Source: Bdellovibrionales bacterium
GTDB taxonomy: Bacteria; Bdellovibrionota; Bdellovibrionia; Bdellovibrionales; JAGQZY01
Length of the DNA: 64,000 bases
Assembly: GCA_020435205.1 (NCBI GenBank)
Contig: JAGQZY010000001.1
Coordinates: 58,229 to 122,228, forward strand
Direction: 5' to 3'
Made by a program: the position numbers and the translations under genes. The notes beneath the pieces are model-generated. The model worked only from the letters and a program-made list of their open reading frames with translations, was not told where the DNA came from and searched no databases. The first letter of the stretch is position 1, and each line of letters opens with the position of its first letter. Positions 27,800-35,147 of the stretch are shown in pieces.

Positions 27800-27909
27800 T
27801 TATTTTGGCTTTGTCTGGATTCTTTTCTGCGTTGTTGCAGTCTTTTCTTTCTGCGGCGACGGCGTCTTTCAATAGTTTTTCTACGTTCAGATTTCTTGTG
27901 GGCTCCCAT
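27796..27909 (-). CDS. Unannotated 37-aa hyperbasic micro-ORF (MGAHKKSERRKTIERRRRRKKRLQQRRKESRQSQNK)
   Basis: My own translation. ATG 27909 lies 6 nt after GAGGAGG. Its TGA stop overlaps the ATG of 27245..27799 (ATGA). It is too short for the ORF track. Confidence 0.45.
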   Translation of the reverse strand: MGAHKKSERRKTIERRRRRRKKRLQQRRKESRQSQNK

Positions 27910-27980
27910 GGTGGACCTCCTCGATCCCCCCTATTCAATCTATGGAGGGGGGAGTTGGCAAGCCCAGGCGTGGCGAGACC

Positions 27981-30554
27981 CTAGTAGGAGTAAGTTGAGG
28001 CCATCCCCATGCTTTGCCAACTGAGACTGAGCAAGATTTGGGACCCAGATCGGTCATAACCTCCAGACTCGGTGAGTAGAGAGATATGCCCTGAAAGCCA
28101 AATGGGTCCAATTCCCTGACCAATAGAAGCATCGAGCCAGTTGGATTTGTAAGATTCAGAGATATAAAAATCCACTGAACTGCGATTGATGGTTCGGTAG
28201 GCAAATGACATGAGCAAGGGTTGGCTAGAAAGTCCAGAAAAAGCATACTGACCATAGATCCGAATAGTTGATGTCTCAGGAAGAACAAGGTTCAAGGTTC
28301 CACTTGTTTCAATCACTTCGGGGTCGCGAAAATAGCTGAGCTCCATTTGCAAGCCACTTTTTTGACTACTCCCTGTGGTCCCATAGCCGCTCAGCCCTTG
28401 GGAGGTGTTCATGCCTATACCGGCATATGCGGACAAATATTGAGCCTCCGGTAGCTTTTGGTTAAGTGCTAGATCTTCGTGAACTTCTTTATTAAAGATC
28501 AAACCCCCGCCAAGGCTAAACAGGCTTCCTAGAGGAATCTGCCCGCCCATATCTAAGGACATCTTATTGATTTTTAAAATATCCTTGCTGGTAGAGGTTT
28601 TCTGAGAAAATTCAATGCCACCAGGTAAACCAAAAAAAAGATTAGAAGCTAACTGTAGCGATAGATCACCAATTTCAGTTTTAGTTACAACTTCGCTAAA
28701 AGGAAGTGTTGTCAGTTTCTCTTCTTGCTCAGAAGGGGACTGATAGCGAACTCCAAGCGCAAAGCTGGGGCTTGTGTAGGCAAAGTAGGCCTGAGGATAA
28801 GAAAAACTTTCCTCAACTTTTGTTAAATTGCCCTCACCAGAAAATTGACTGAGCCCATATTGAGCCGCTAGGACAAAACCTGATTGCGAGTCGAGAAGAA
28901 GTGAGGGGTTGTCAGGCGCAATATCTTCAAAGTAATTAGAAATGGCAATATTCGCTTGTGCCCATTGAGGGAAAAGCAAAAAAAGAAATAAAATGAAAAC
29001 AGTCAGTCCCCGTGCCATTGGTAGTACGAGCAGGATGAGTAAAACCAGGGGCCACGGGTTGTCCCAGATAAAGAGGAGCGAGGAAAGAACGACTCGAGTG
29101 GAAGACTTCCAAAAGGGATTCTGTTCGATAAAGTAAGCCATACTGGGGGAATACTGATAGTATTTTTTGATAAACCAGCGACCCATGGCAAACTTTTTTA
29201 AAAAATGATCGCGGATCGAGCGAAAAGCTTCGACTTTGGGATGAAGGGACGAGCCAAAAGCAGCCGTCGCAATAAAGCAATGAAGATCTTTACCTTGTTG
29301 ATCCCCCCCGCAAGAAGGCGTGAAATTGGGATCATAGGGAGTAACGGCCTCACGGTAATTGGCCACGTAGCCGTAATAGGTATTCAGCACGTGAGCGGCG
29401 TTGGCATAACCCTCTCTTCCGAAAGGAATTCCAGAATGAATAATATTTGGGTTAGAAAATTTGCCAATGCGAGTACAGTTAAATCCATTATCTCGACAAT
29501 GATCGGAATAGGACATCACGCTGCGGATTTGATTGACGGTATCGACAAATCCATACTTTTCAGGATGGCTCACTTCTTCAGTAAAATCTAACCCATGTTG
29601 GTAACGATCATGCAGCAAGCTCAAGTTGTGTCCCATTTCATGGGACATGGTATATGCGGGGCAGCCATAAAGATAAACACTATAGCCATAGGCCTCGTTG
29701 AAGTTAATTCGGTTTTGCGAGCCATCATAGGAGGCTGTGTAACCAAGGCCACAATAAGTGGTCGGCGCATCAATAGTCATTTGTACTAAATCGGCACCTA
29801 GTGCATCGCGAGCCGAGGTGACATCTGGAAGAGTGATCAAAGTGGAGAGGTCACTGGACATATCGCCAGCGCTCGTATGAGTCGTTGCACGCACATCAAG
29901 AAGTCGATAGCGAAAATTGATACAACTCTGCTCAAGAGTGTCATTCACCACAACCATATTCGCTTCTAACATAGGTTCTATATTAGAGTTAGTCGCGGCA
30001 TCCGTCGAATAAACTAGGAGAACATCAATAAAATTATCAGAACTTGGCTCTGTAACTGTCGCTCGAGACGAAAGTGATTTTTGTGCGAAAGCCTTGAGAG
30101 ACTCTAGGTCTTCCATTGGATTTTGATGACTTGCTTGCAGTGAACTAATATAAAACTGATTCTTGAGATCTTTTTGCACTCGATAGACTTTTCCTCCTGC
30201 AAAGATCTCGCCGATAACTTGTTTAGCATTAATATTGAGGCTGACGTAGCTACTGGGATCGTGGTCGACTTTGCCAAACCAAATAAACCCACTGCGAGAG
30301 GGAACAATTTTTTGCTTTCTTGCAGTTAAAGTGAAGTTTTTGTCGAGATCAAATTGAATCGTTTCTGAGTCTTTAACTTCAGTAAGGTCCCCGTCAAGAG
30401 TTATGGCTTGTTGGCCTTCTTCGAAATAAGGGCTTTGGGAATATACTGGCTTCAAGCTTAAAATGCTTTTATCAGATCGGATAGAAAATATTTTAGATTG
30501 CGCAGAAACATCAGGGCTCAACAAGAGCACAAACATTATAAACATCAAACTCAT
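27981..30554 (-). CDS. 857-aa fusion protein: signal peptide, propeptide-like region, metzincin (reprolysin-like) Zn-protease, CFI-box module, two hydrophobic segments, and a C-terminal beta-barrel-like domain
   Basis: HEMGHNLSLLHD (29607..29642) plus Met-turn SVMSYS. CFIATAAFGSSLHPKVEAFRSIRDHFL...KKYYQYSPSMAYFI. WPLVLLILLVLPMARGLTVFILFLFLLFPQWAQA. The C-terminal ~320 aa have alternating strands and end ...MGMASTYSY. Confidence 0.7.
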   Translation of the reverse strand: MSLMFIMFVLLLSPDVSAQSKIFSIRSDKSILSLKPVYSQSPYFEEGQQAITLDGDLTEVKDSETIQFDLDKNFTLTARKQKIVPSRSGFIWFGKVDHDPSSYVSLNINAKQVIGEIFAGGKVYRVQKDLKNQFYISSLQASHQNPMEDLESLKAFAQKSLSSRATVTEPSSDNFIDVLLVYSTDAATNSNIEPMLEANMVVVNDTLEQSCINFRYRLLDVRATTHTSAGDMSSDLSTLITLPDVTSARDALGADLVQMTIDAPTTYCGLGYTASYDGSQNRINFNEAYGYSVYLYGCPAYTMSHEMGHNLSLLHDRYQHGLDFTEEVSHPEKYGFVDTVNQIRSVMSYSDHCRDNGFNCTRIGKFSNPNIIHSGIPFGREGYANAAHVLNTYYGYVANYREAVTPYDPNFTPSCGGDQQGKDLHCFIATAAFGSSLHPKVEAFRSIRDHFLKKFAMGRWFIKKYYQYSPSMAYFIEQNPFWKSSTRVVLSSLLFIWDNPWPLVLLILLVLPMARGLTVFILFLFLLFPQWAQANIAISNYFEDIAPDNPSLLLDSQSGFVLAAQYGLSQFSGEGNLTKVEESFSYPQAYFAYTSPSFALGVRYQSPSEQEEKLTTLPFSEVVTKTEIGDLSLQLASNLFFGLPGGIEFSQKTSTSKDILKINKMSLDMGGQIPLGSLFSLGGGLIFNKEVHEDLALNQKLPEAQYLSAYAGIGMNTSQGLSGYGTTGSSQKSGLQMELSYFRDPEVIETSGTLNLVLPETSTIRIYGQYAFSGLSSQPLLMSFAYRTINRSSVDFYISESYKSNWLDASIGQGIGPIWLSGHISLLTESGGYDRSGSQILLSLSWQSMGMASTYSY

Positions 30555-31543
30555 GGATTTACCTTTCTCGCTTTACTTTCTTTAATGAGATCATGAAGGC
30601 GACGAAAAACCTGTTGGCTGGTAATCGCCTTCATACAATGAAAATGCCCTTGTGGACAGGAGTTCCCTCCGTGCACATGGCAGGGCCTGCAATCGAGCTC
30701 TTCATCCTCGACAACCGCGCAACGTTCAAAAGAAGGATAGAAGCCAAACTCTTTGGTAGTGGGTCCAAAAATAGCCAATGTTGGTTTTTTGAAGCCAATG
30801 GAGATATGCATGGGGCCTGAGTCCGTGGTGACGACTGCGGTGGCCTTTTTAATAATAGACATCAACTCCTCAAGACTGGTTTGATTGGAAAAATTGATAA
30901 CTTCCTTTGGCCAGGGTTTATCACCATTACCAACAATAACTACGTTAATCCCATTAAAAATGAGTGTATTTGCTAATTCAAAAAAACCTGGCCACTCTTT
31001 ATTTTTTTGGCTGGCATAGGGGTGAAGGACTATAAAATTTGGAAAGCTGAGTCCGCTCACATCAAGGCCTTCAAAGTCTGGAAAGCGTGGACGTAGCTTT
31101 TCTAGTTCAGGGATTTCAATGTTAAAAGGGGATAAACAGACTTCAGCATATTTTTCGACAACATGCTTGGTGAGTTCACTTTTGTATTTTCTATTTTTAA
31201 CAAAAGCGCGACGCTCTCGCGATTGCTTTTTGATATGGGTAAACCTTCCTTTGACAAAAGCTGCTAAAGAGAAGGACTTCAAGTTTCCTTGAAGATCGAA
31301 TACATAATCATAATCAGGAATGGTTCGATAAAGTTTTATCATCTGAATGATTGACGATTTTGCGGGCAGAGTGAAAATTTGGTGGATGGATCCAAGGCTT
31401 GCAAAAATAGCCTTGCCTCCGGGAGAGGTCAGTACGTCAATTTCAGCCTCAGGGAATTTGCGATGGAAATAGTCGATGACCCCTGTCGACAAAACAATAT
31501 CGCCGGTAGCACTAAATCGAACGAACAAAACTTTCATACTCAT
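30551..31543 (-). CDS. Glycosyltransferase family 9 (heptosyltransferase-like)
   Basis: MKVLFVRFSATGDIVLSTGV..., HPYASQKNKEWP, VTTDSGPMHIS, C-terminal CRPCHVHGGNSCPQGHFHCM. Its TGA overlaps the ATG of the 857-aa gene (ATGA). Confidence 0.75.
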   Translation of the reverse strand: MSMKVLFVRFSATGDIVLSTGVIDYFHRKFPEAEIDVLTSPGGKAIFASLGSIHQIFTLPAKSSIIQMIKLYRTIPDYDYVFDLQGNLKSFSLAAFVKGRFTHIKKQSRERRAFVKNRKYKSELTKHVVEKYAEVCLSPFNIEIPELEKLRPRFPDFEGLDVSGLSFPNFIVLHPYASQKNKEWPGFFELANTLIFNGINVVIVGNGDKPWPKEVINFSNQTSLEELMSIIKKATAVVTTDSGPMHISIGFKKPTLAIFGPTTKEFGFYPSFERCAVVEDEELDCRPCHVHGGNSCPQGHFHCMKAITSQQVFRRLHDLIKESKARKVNP

Positions 31544-31592
31544 AAATTAATTGGGTTAGAGAGAAGGGGCAAGAAAAACTGTCTGGTGAGCA

Positions 31593-32342
31593 CTATTCTC
31601 GACCCTCATTGAGTTCGGCCAGTCTTGCAGCAAAAAAAGTACGTACCTGAAGTTGACGAATCTCAGAAGTTTTGTCCCCGACATGGTCTCGCAGGAAGGT
31701 GAGAGCGGATTCGGAATGTAAGACACTTTCTTTTAGGTTTTCAAGTGTTGCAGGAGAGGTCAGGGCTCGAGGAGGGATACTCTGGCCTATGGATCTTAAA
31801 TGTTGAGCAAAAAGAAATTGAATAAAAGGAACAAAATCGTAGCCCTTCATAGGGACGTCAAAACTTTCGAATAACATAGAGACTATGCTTCTCTCTGGTG
31901 CATCTTTAATATCACTGATTCTTTCTGGAATGCTTTGCAAATCCGCAAGGCTTGGTGAGGGGCAGTTTTCAATGAAGATCTTTTGCTCCTGTGCAAGGTA
32001 TTCCATCATTTTTTTGTCTGTCCAGTCACCTTTAGAAAAATCGATGGCGACTTGAACTTTAAGCAGGAAAGGTTTCTCCTCCGCAAAATAATAGAAAGAA
32101 TAAAACCCATGATGGTCGTCTATTAAGCGTATATGATTGCGTGTATCCTTGATGACAGTGAAAGGATGTTGTTCACTTCGCCACTGAAGAAATTTCTTTT
32201 TTGCGTCTAAATCAGAAGCCCCCCCTGGGCCGCGCCAGGCCATGAACTCAATGATCAATCGCTTGAGTTTCTCTTTAGCCCAGGAATGACCAAGGAGGTT
32301 TTGGCAAAAACCAATCTCCTCGGATGAAACAAGTCTTTCCAT
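31593..32342 (-). CDS. ParB-like nuclease-domain protein (ParBc_2/PF08857-like)
   Basis: IRLIDDHHGFYS (DxHH-type motif) and DIKDAPERSIVSMLFESFDVPMKGYDFVPFIQFLFAQHLR, which resembles the DDPYRSLAG...PFxEFxWADFLR block of that family (from recall). It starts 2 nt after the acs stop. Confidence 0.45.
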   Translation of the reverse strand: MERLVSSEEIGFCQNLLGHSWAKEKLKRLIIEFMAWRGPGGASDLDAKKKFLQWRSEQHPFTVIKDTRNHIRLIDDHHGFYSFYYFAEEKPFLLKVQVAIDFSKGDWTDKKMMEYLAQEQKIFIENCPSPSLADLQSIPERISDIKDAPERSIVSMLFESFDVPMKGYDFVPFIQFLFAQHLRSIGQSIPPRALTSPATLENLKESVLHSESALTFLRDHVGDKTSEIRQLQVRTFFAARLAELNEGRE

Positions 32343-32344
32343 GA

Positions 32345-34312
32345 TTAGGGGCGACTTTCCAGTAGGCGCTCCACAACTCCAGGGTCCGCTAAGGTCGTGA
32401 GGTCCCCAAGGTGCTCTTCCTCGTGGGCTGCAATTTTGCGCAAAATTCTTCGCATTATTTTTCCTGAGCGAGTTTTCGGTAGTTCGGGTGCCCAGTGAAT
32501 GACTTCAGGAGCTGCGAAAGCGCCAATTTCTTTGCGCACATGTTGAGAAAGCTCTGTCTTTAAGTCGTCAGTGTACTGGTGGCCAGCATTCAGAGTGACA
32601 TAGGCATAAATGCCTTGGCCTTTAATCTCATGGGGAATGCCAACAACGGCGGCTTCAGCCACAGCAGCATGACCATCCAGAGCGCTTTCCACCTCCGCAG
32701 TGCCAATTCTGTGGCCAGAGACATTCATGACGTCATCCACCCGGCCCGTCACCCAAATGTACCCATCTTCATCACGTCGACATCCATCGCCAGTAAAATA
32801 ATAGCCTTTGTATTGTTCAAAATATGTTTTTTCAAAACGCTGGTGATCGCCATAGACCGTGCGCATTTGTCCTGGCCATGGAAATTGAAAAGCCAGCACT
32901 CCTTGGGTCGCACCCTCTAACTCCTTGCCAGATTGTGCATCGAGCACCACAGGTTGGGCTCCGAAAAAGGGAAAGCTTGTCGAGCCCGGTTTCATCGGTG
33001 TGGCACCCGGTAGTGAGGTGAGTAAAATTCCACCAGTTTCCGTTTGCCACCACGTATCGACAATGGGGCAGCGTCCTTCACCGACCACGTCGTGATACCA
33101 GCGCCAAGCTTCAGCGTTGATAGGCTCACCGACAGAACCCAAAAGGCGGAGGCTTGAGCGTTTATGCTTTTTAACAAACTCGTCACCTTTGGCAGCAATA
33201 GCGCGAATGGCAGTCGGAGCTGTATAAAAAATGCTAACTTTATGGCGGTCGACCACATCCCAAAAACGACCGGCATCGGGATAGGTAGGAATGCCCTCAA
33301 AAATCACTTGGGTGGCGCAATTGGCCAGCGGGCCATAGGTAATATAAGAGTGGCCTGTGATCCAACCGACGTCGGCTGTGCACCAGTAGATATCTTCAGG
33401 TCGATAATCAAAAATATATTTAAAGGTGGTCGCTGTATAAACCATGTAGCCACCCACTGTATGTAATACCCCTTTGGGCTTTCCAGTGGAACCCGATGTG
33501 TAAAGAATAAAAAGAGGATCCTCAGAATTCATCCAGGTGGGAGGGCAGTCTTCACTAGCGGCATTCATCATTTCTTGCCAGCTCAAATCGCGGTTGGGTT
33601 TCATGGTCAGTGTCTCAGGATATTGGTTGCCAAGGCGTTCAAACATGATGCAGGTTTTGACGTGAAAGCCCTCTTTTTCACAAATATCCATGGCGCTATC
33701 GCTAATGCTTTTTGTAGGGACAAGTTTTTGCCCGCGAAAGCAACCGTCAGCAGTGATCAAAACTTCGCATTTGGAATCTAAGATTCGATTAGCCAAAGAC
33801 TCTGCAGAAAAGCCACCAAAAACCACGGAGTGAACGGCACCAATGCGCGCACAGGCTAAAGTTGCAATCACTAACTCGTTAGTCATGGGCATGTAAAGAG
33901 CGACGCGATCGCCCTTCTTGACCCCACGAGTTTTAAGGACATTGGCAAATTTACAAACCTGCTGATGAAGCTGCTTATAGGTTAAAGTCGAATTGTCGCC
34001 AGGCTCATTGCCTTCAAAGATGAGAGCCGTGCGATCGCCGTTTTTTTCTAAATGTCTATCTAAACAATTATAAGTGATATTCGTGACGCCATCTTCAAAC
34101 CATTCAATTTCAATGGGTCCTTTAGTCATATCGTAATTGTAGGAAAAATCATGAGTGAAGGGTTTTTCCCAATAAAAGTTATCCTTTGCAATTTGACTCC
34201 AAAAACCACCGGGATCAGATACCGATTTTTTGTACATCTCCTGATATTGGTCCATGGACTGAATGTAAGCTTTCTCGGAAAATTCTTTACTTGGATAAAC
34301 CATAGAGTCCAC
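32345..34312 (-). CDS. acs: Acetyl-CoA synthetase (AMP-forming)
   Basis: [38 protein letters not shown]; 655 aa. GTG start 5 nt after AGGAGG. Confidence 0.96.
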   Translation of the reverse strand: MDSMVYPSKEFSEKAYIQSMDQYQEMYKKSVSDPGGFWSQIAKDNFYWEKPFTHDFSYNYDMTKGPIEIEWFEDGVTNITYNCLDRHLEKNGDRTALIFEGNEPGDNSTLTYKQLHQQVCKFANVLKTRGVKKGDRVALYMPMTNELVIATLACARIGAVHSVVFGGFSAESLANRILDSKCEVLITADGCFRGQKLVPTKSISDSAMDICEKEGFHVKTCIMFERLGNQYPETLTMKPNRDLSWQEMMNAASEDCPPTWMNSEDPLFILYTSGSTGKPKGVLHTVGGYMVYTATTFKYIFDYRPEDIYWCTADVGWITGHSYITYGPLANCATQVIFEGIPTYPDAGRFWDVVDRHKVSIFYTAPTAIRAIAAKGDEFVKKHKRSSLRLLGSVGEPINAEAWRWYHDVVGEGRCPIVDTWWQTETGGILLTSLPGATPMKPGSTSFPFFGAQPVVLDAQSGKELEGATQGVLAFQFPWPGQMRTVYGDHQRFEKTYFEQYKGYYFTGDGCRRDEDGYIWVTGRVDDVMNVSGHRIGTAEVESALDGHAAVAEAAVVGIPHEIKGQGIYAYVTLNAGHQYTDDLKTELSQHVRKEIGAFAAPEVIHWAPELPKTRSGKIMRRILRKIAAHEEEHLGDLTTLADPGVVERLLESRP

Positions 34313-34584
34313 GGCCCCCTCCTATGAAAATGAAGTTTCAATTGATGCCCAATAAACTATCAATAGCGCCCAGGGACATACAAGGTGGCTTGCTACGCGT
34401 TAGTTTTAGGACCTATAGGCCACGGAAGTAGAGGCGCAGCAAGATCTCCAAACAGCCTAACTTTTTGACGGTTTCATTTTGATGCAGTGGCCTTTAGAGT
34501 ATTTTCCTTTTTATCCAATGTCTAATAGTGAAATAGAGGAAATAGCCCCAGACTTTCATAGGGAAAGCCCCCATCAGACTTCAT

Positions 34585-35136
34585 TTGCTGGGGGGCGAAA
34601 CCGATAAGAAAGGGTTGGAAGAGAGGTGTCATTTGGGATTTTTAACCGCTTATTTTGCACATTTTGTTATTGGCGCAATTGTGACTCTAACCTACTTGGC
34701 CTTTAGAGTTTATCAAGAAAACTCAAAATTCACCAAAGAGCTACAGGTGTTTTTAAACTTAAAGACGGTGTCCTATAACCGTGCCCGTGCTACCAATTCT
34801 GTTCTCAAGACCCGCTTAGCGAATCTGGAGCGTGAAAACCTTCGCCTTAAAAAAAGCATTGAAGTTTTGTCTCAAGACTACAACGCAAAGGCTGAAGTAA
34901 AAGTTTCCTCCAATGACTTTATTGAAAGCCGTTCAGAGGATGTGGAACGCATCGAGCAAGAGCTGAATTCAGTTCGCAAATTGCTCGATGGCGATCTAAA
35001 AACTCAGGTGAAAGATTTTGAGCGGGAGTTGGAGTGGCTCAACAAGCGCCTGGCTGATCTACAAAAACAAATCGAAGGCAAAAGAAGAAAGGCTTTCGAA
35101 TCCCTATCGGCCGCAGATATCAATCGAGCGGCCTAG
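34585..35136 (+). CDS. Membrane-anchored coiled-coil protein (hypothetical)
   Basis: One TM helix (FAHFVIGAIVTLTYLAF) followed by heptad-rich sequence. The start is uncertain: TTG 34633 after GAGAGG is an alternative. Confidence 0.4.
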   Translation: MLGGETDKKGLEERCHLGFLTAYFAHFVIGAIVTLTYLAFRVYQENSKFTKELQVFLNLKTVSYNRARATNSVLKTRLANLERENLRLKKSIEVLSQDYNAKAEVKVSSNDFIESRSEDVERIEQELNSVRKLLDGDLKTQVKDFERELEWLNKRLADLQKQIEGKRRKAFESLSAADINRAA

Positions 35137-35147
35137 CCGTCGTCCTT

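Noticed and set aside
27756-27938. 60-aa ORF from the supplied track (MNRGDRGGPPWEPTRNL...)
   Set aside because: It has a TTG start without an SD and overlaps the start of 27245..27799 by 44 nt. The 37-aa ORF in another frame has a strong SD and an ATGA stop/start overlap, so I preferred it.
29016-29018. Met513 as an independent translation start that splits the 857-aa ORF into two genes
   Set aside because: There is no stop codon upstream in frame and no recognisable SD within 20 nt. I keep it as a hypothesis under findings, but I did not annotate a separate CDS.
32579-33466. Multiple 65-113-aa ORFs on both strands within acs
   Set aside because: They are alternative or antisense frames of a confidently assigned 655-aa acs gene.
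34322-34429. 35-aa ORF (MKMKFQLMPNKLSIAPRD...) in the acs upstream region
   Set aside because: It has no SD. The CCTCC immediately upstream is the complement of the acs SD. There is no distinctive composition, so it is probably just 5' regulatory DNA of acs.
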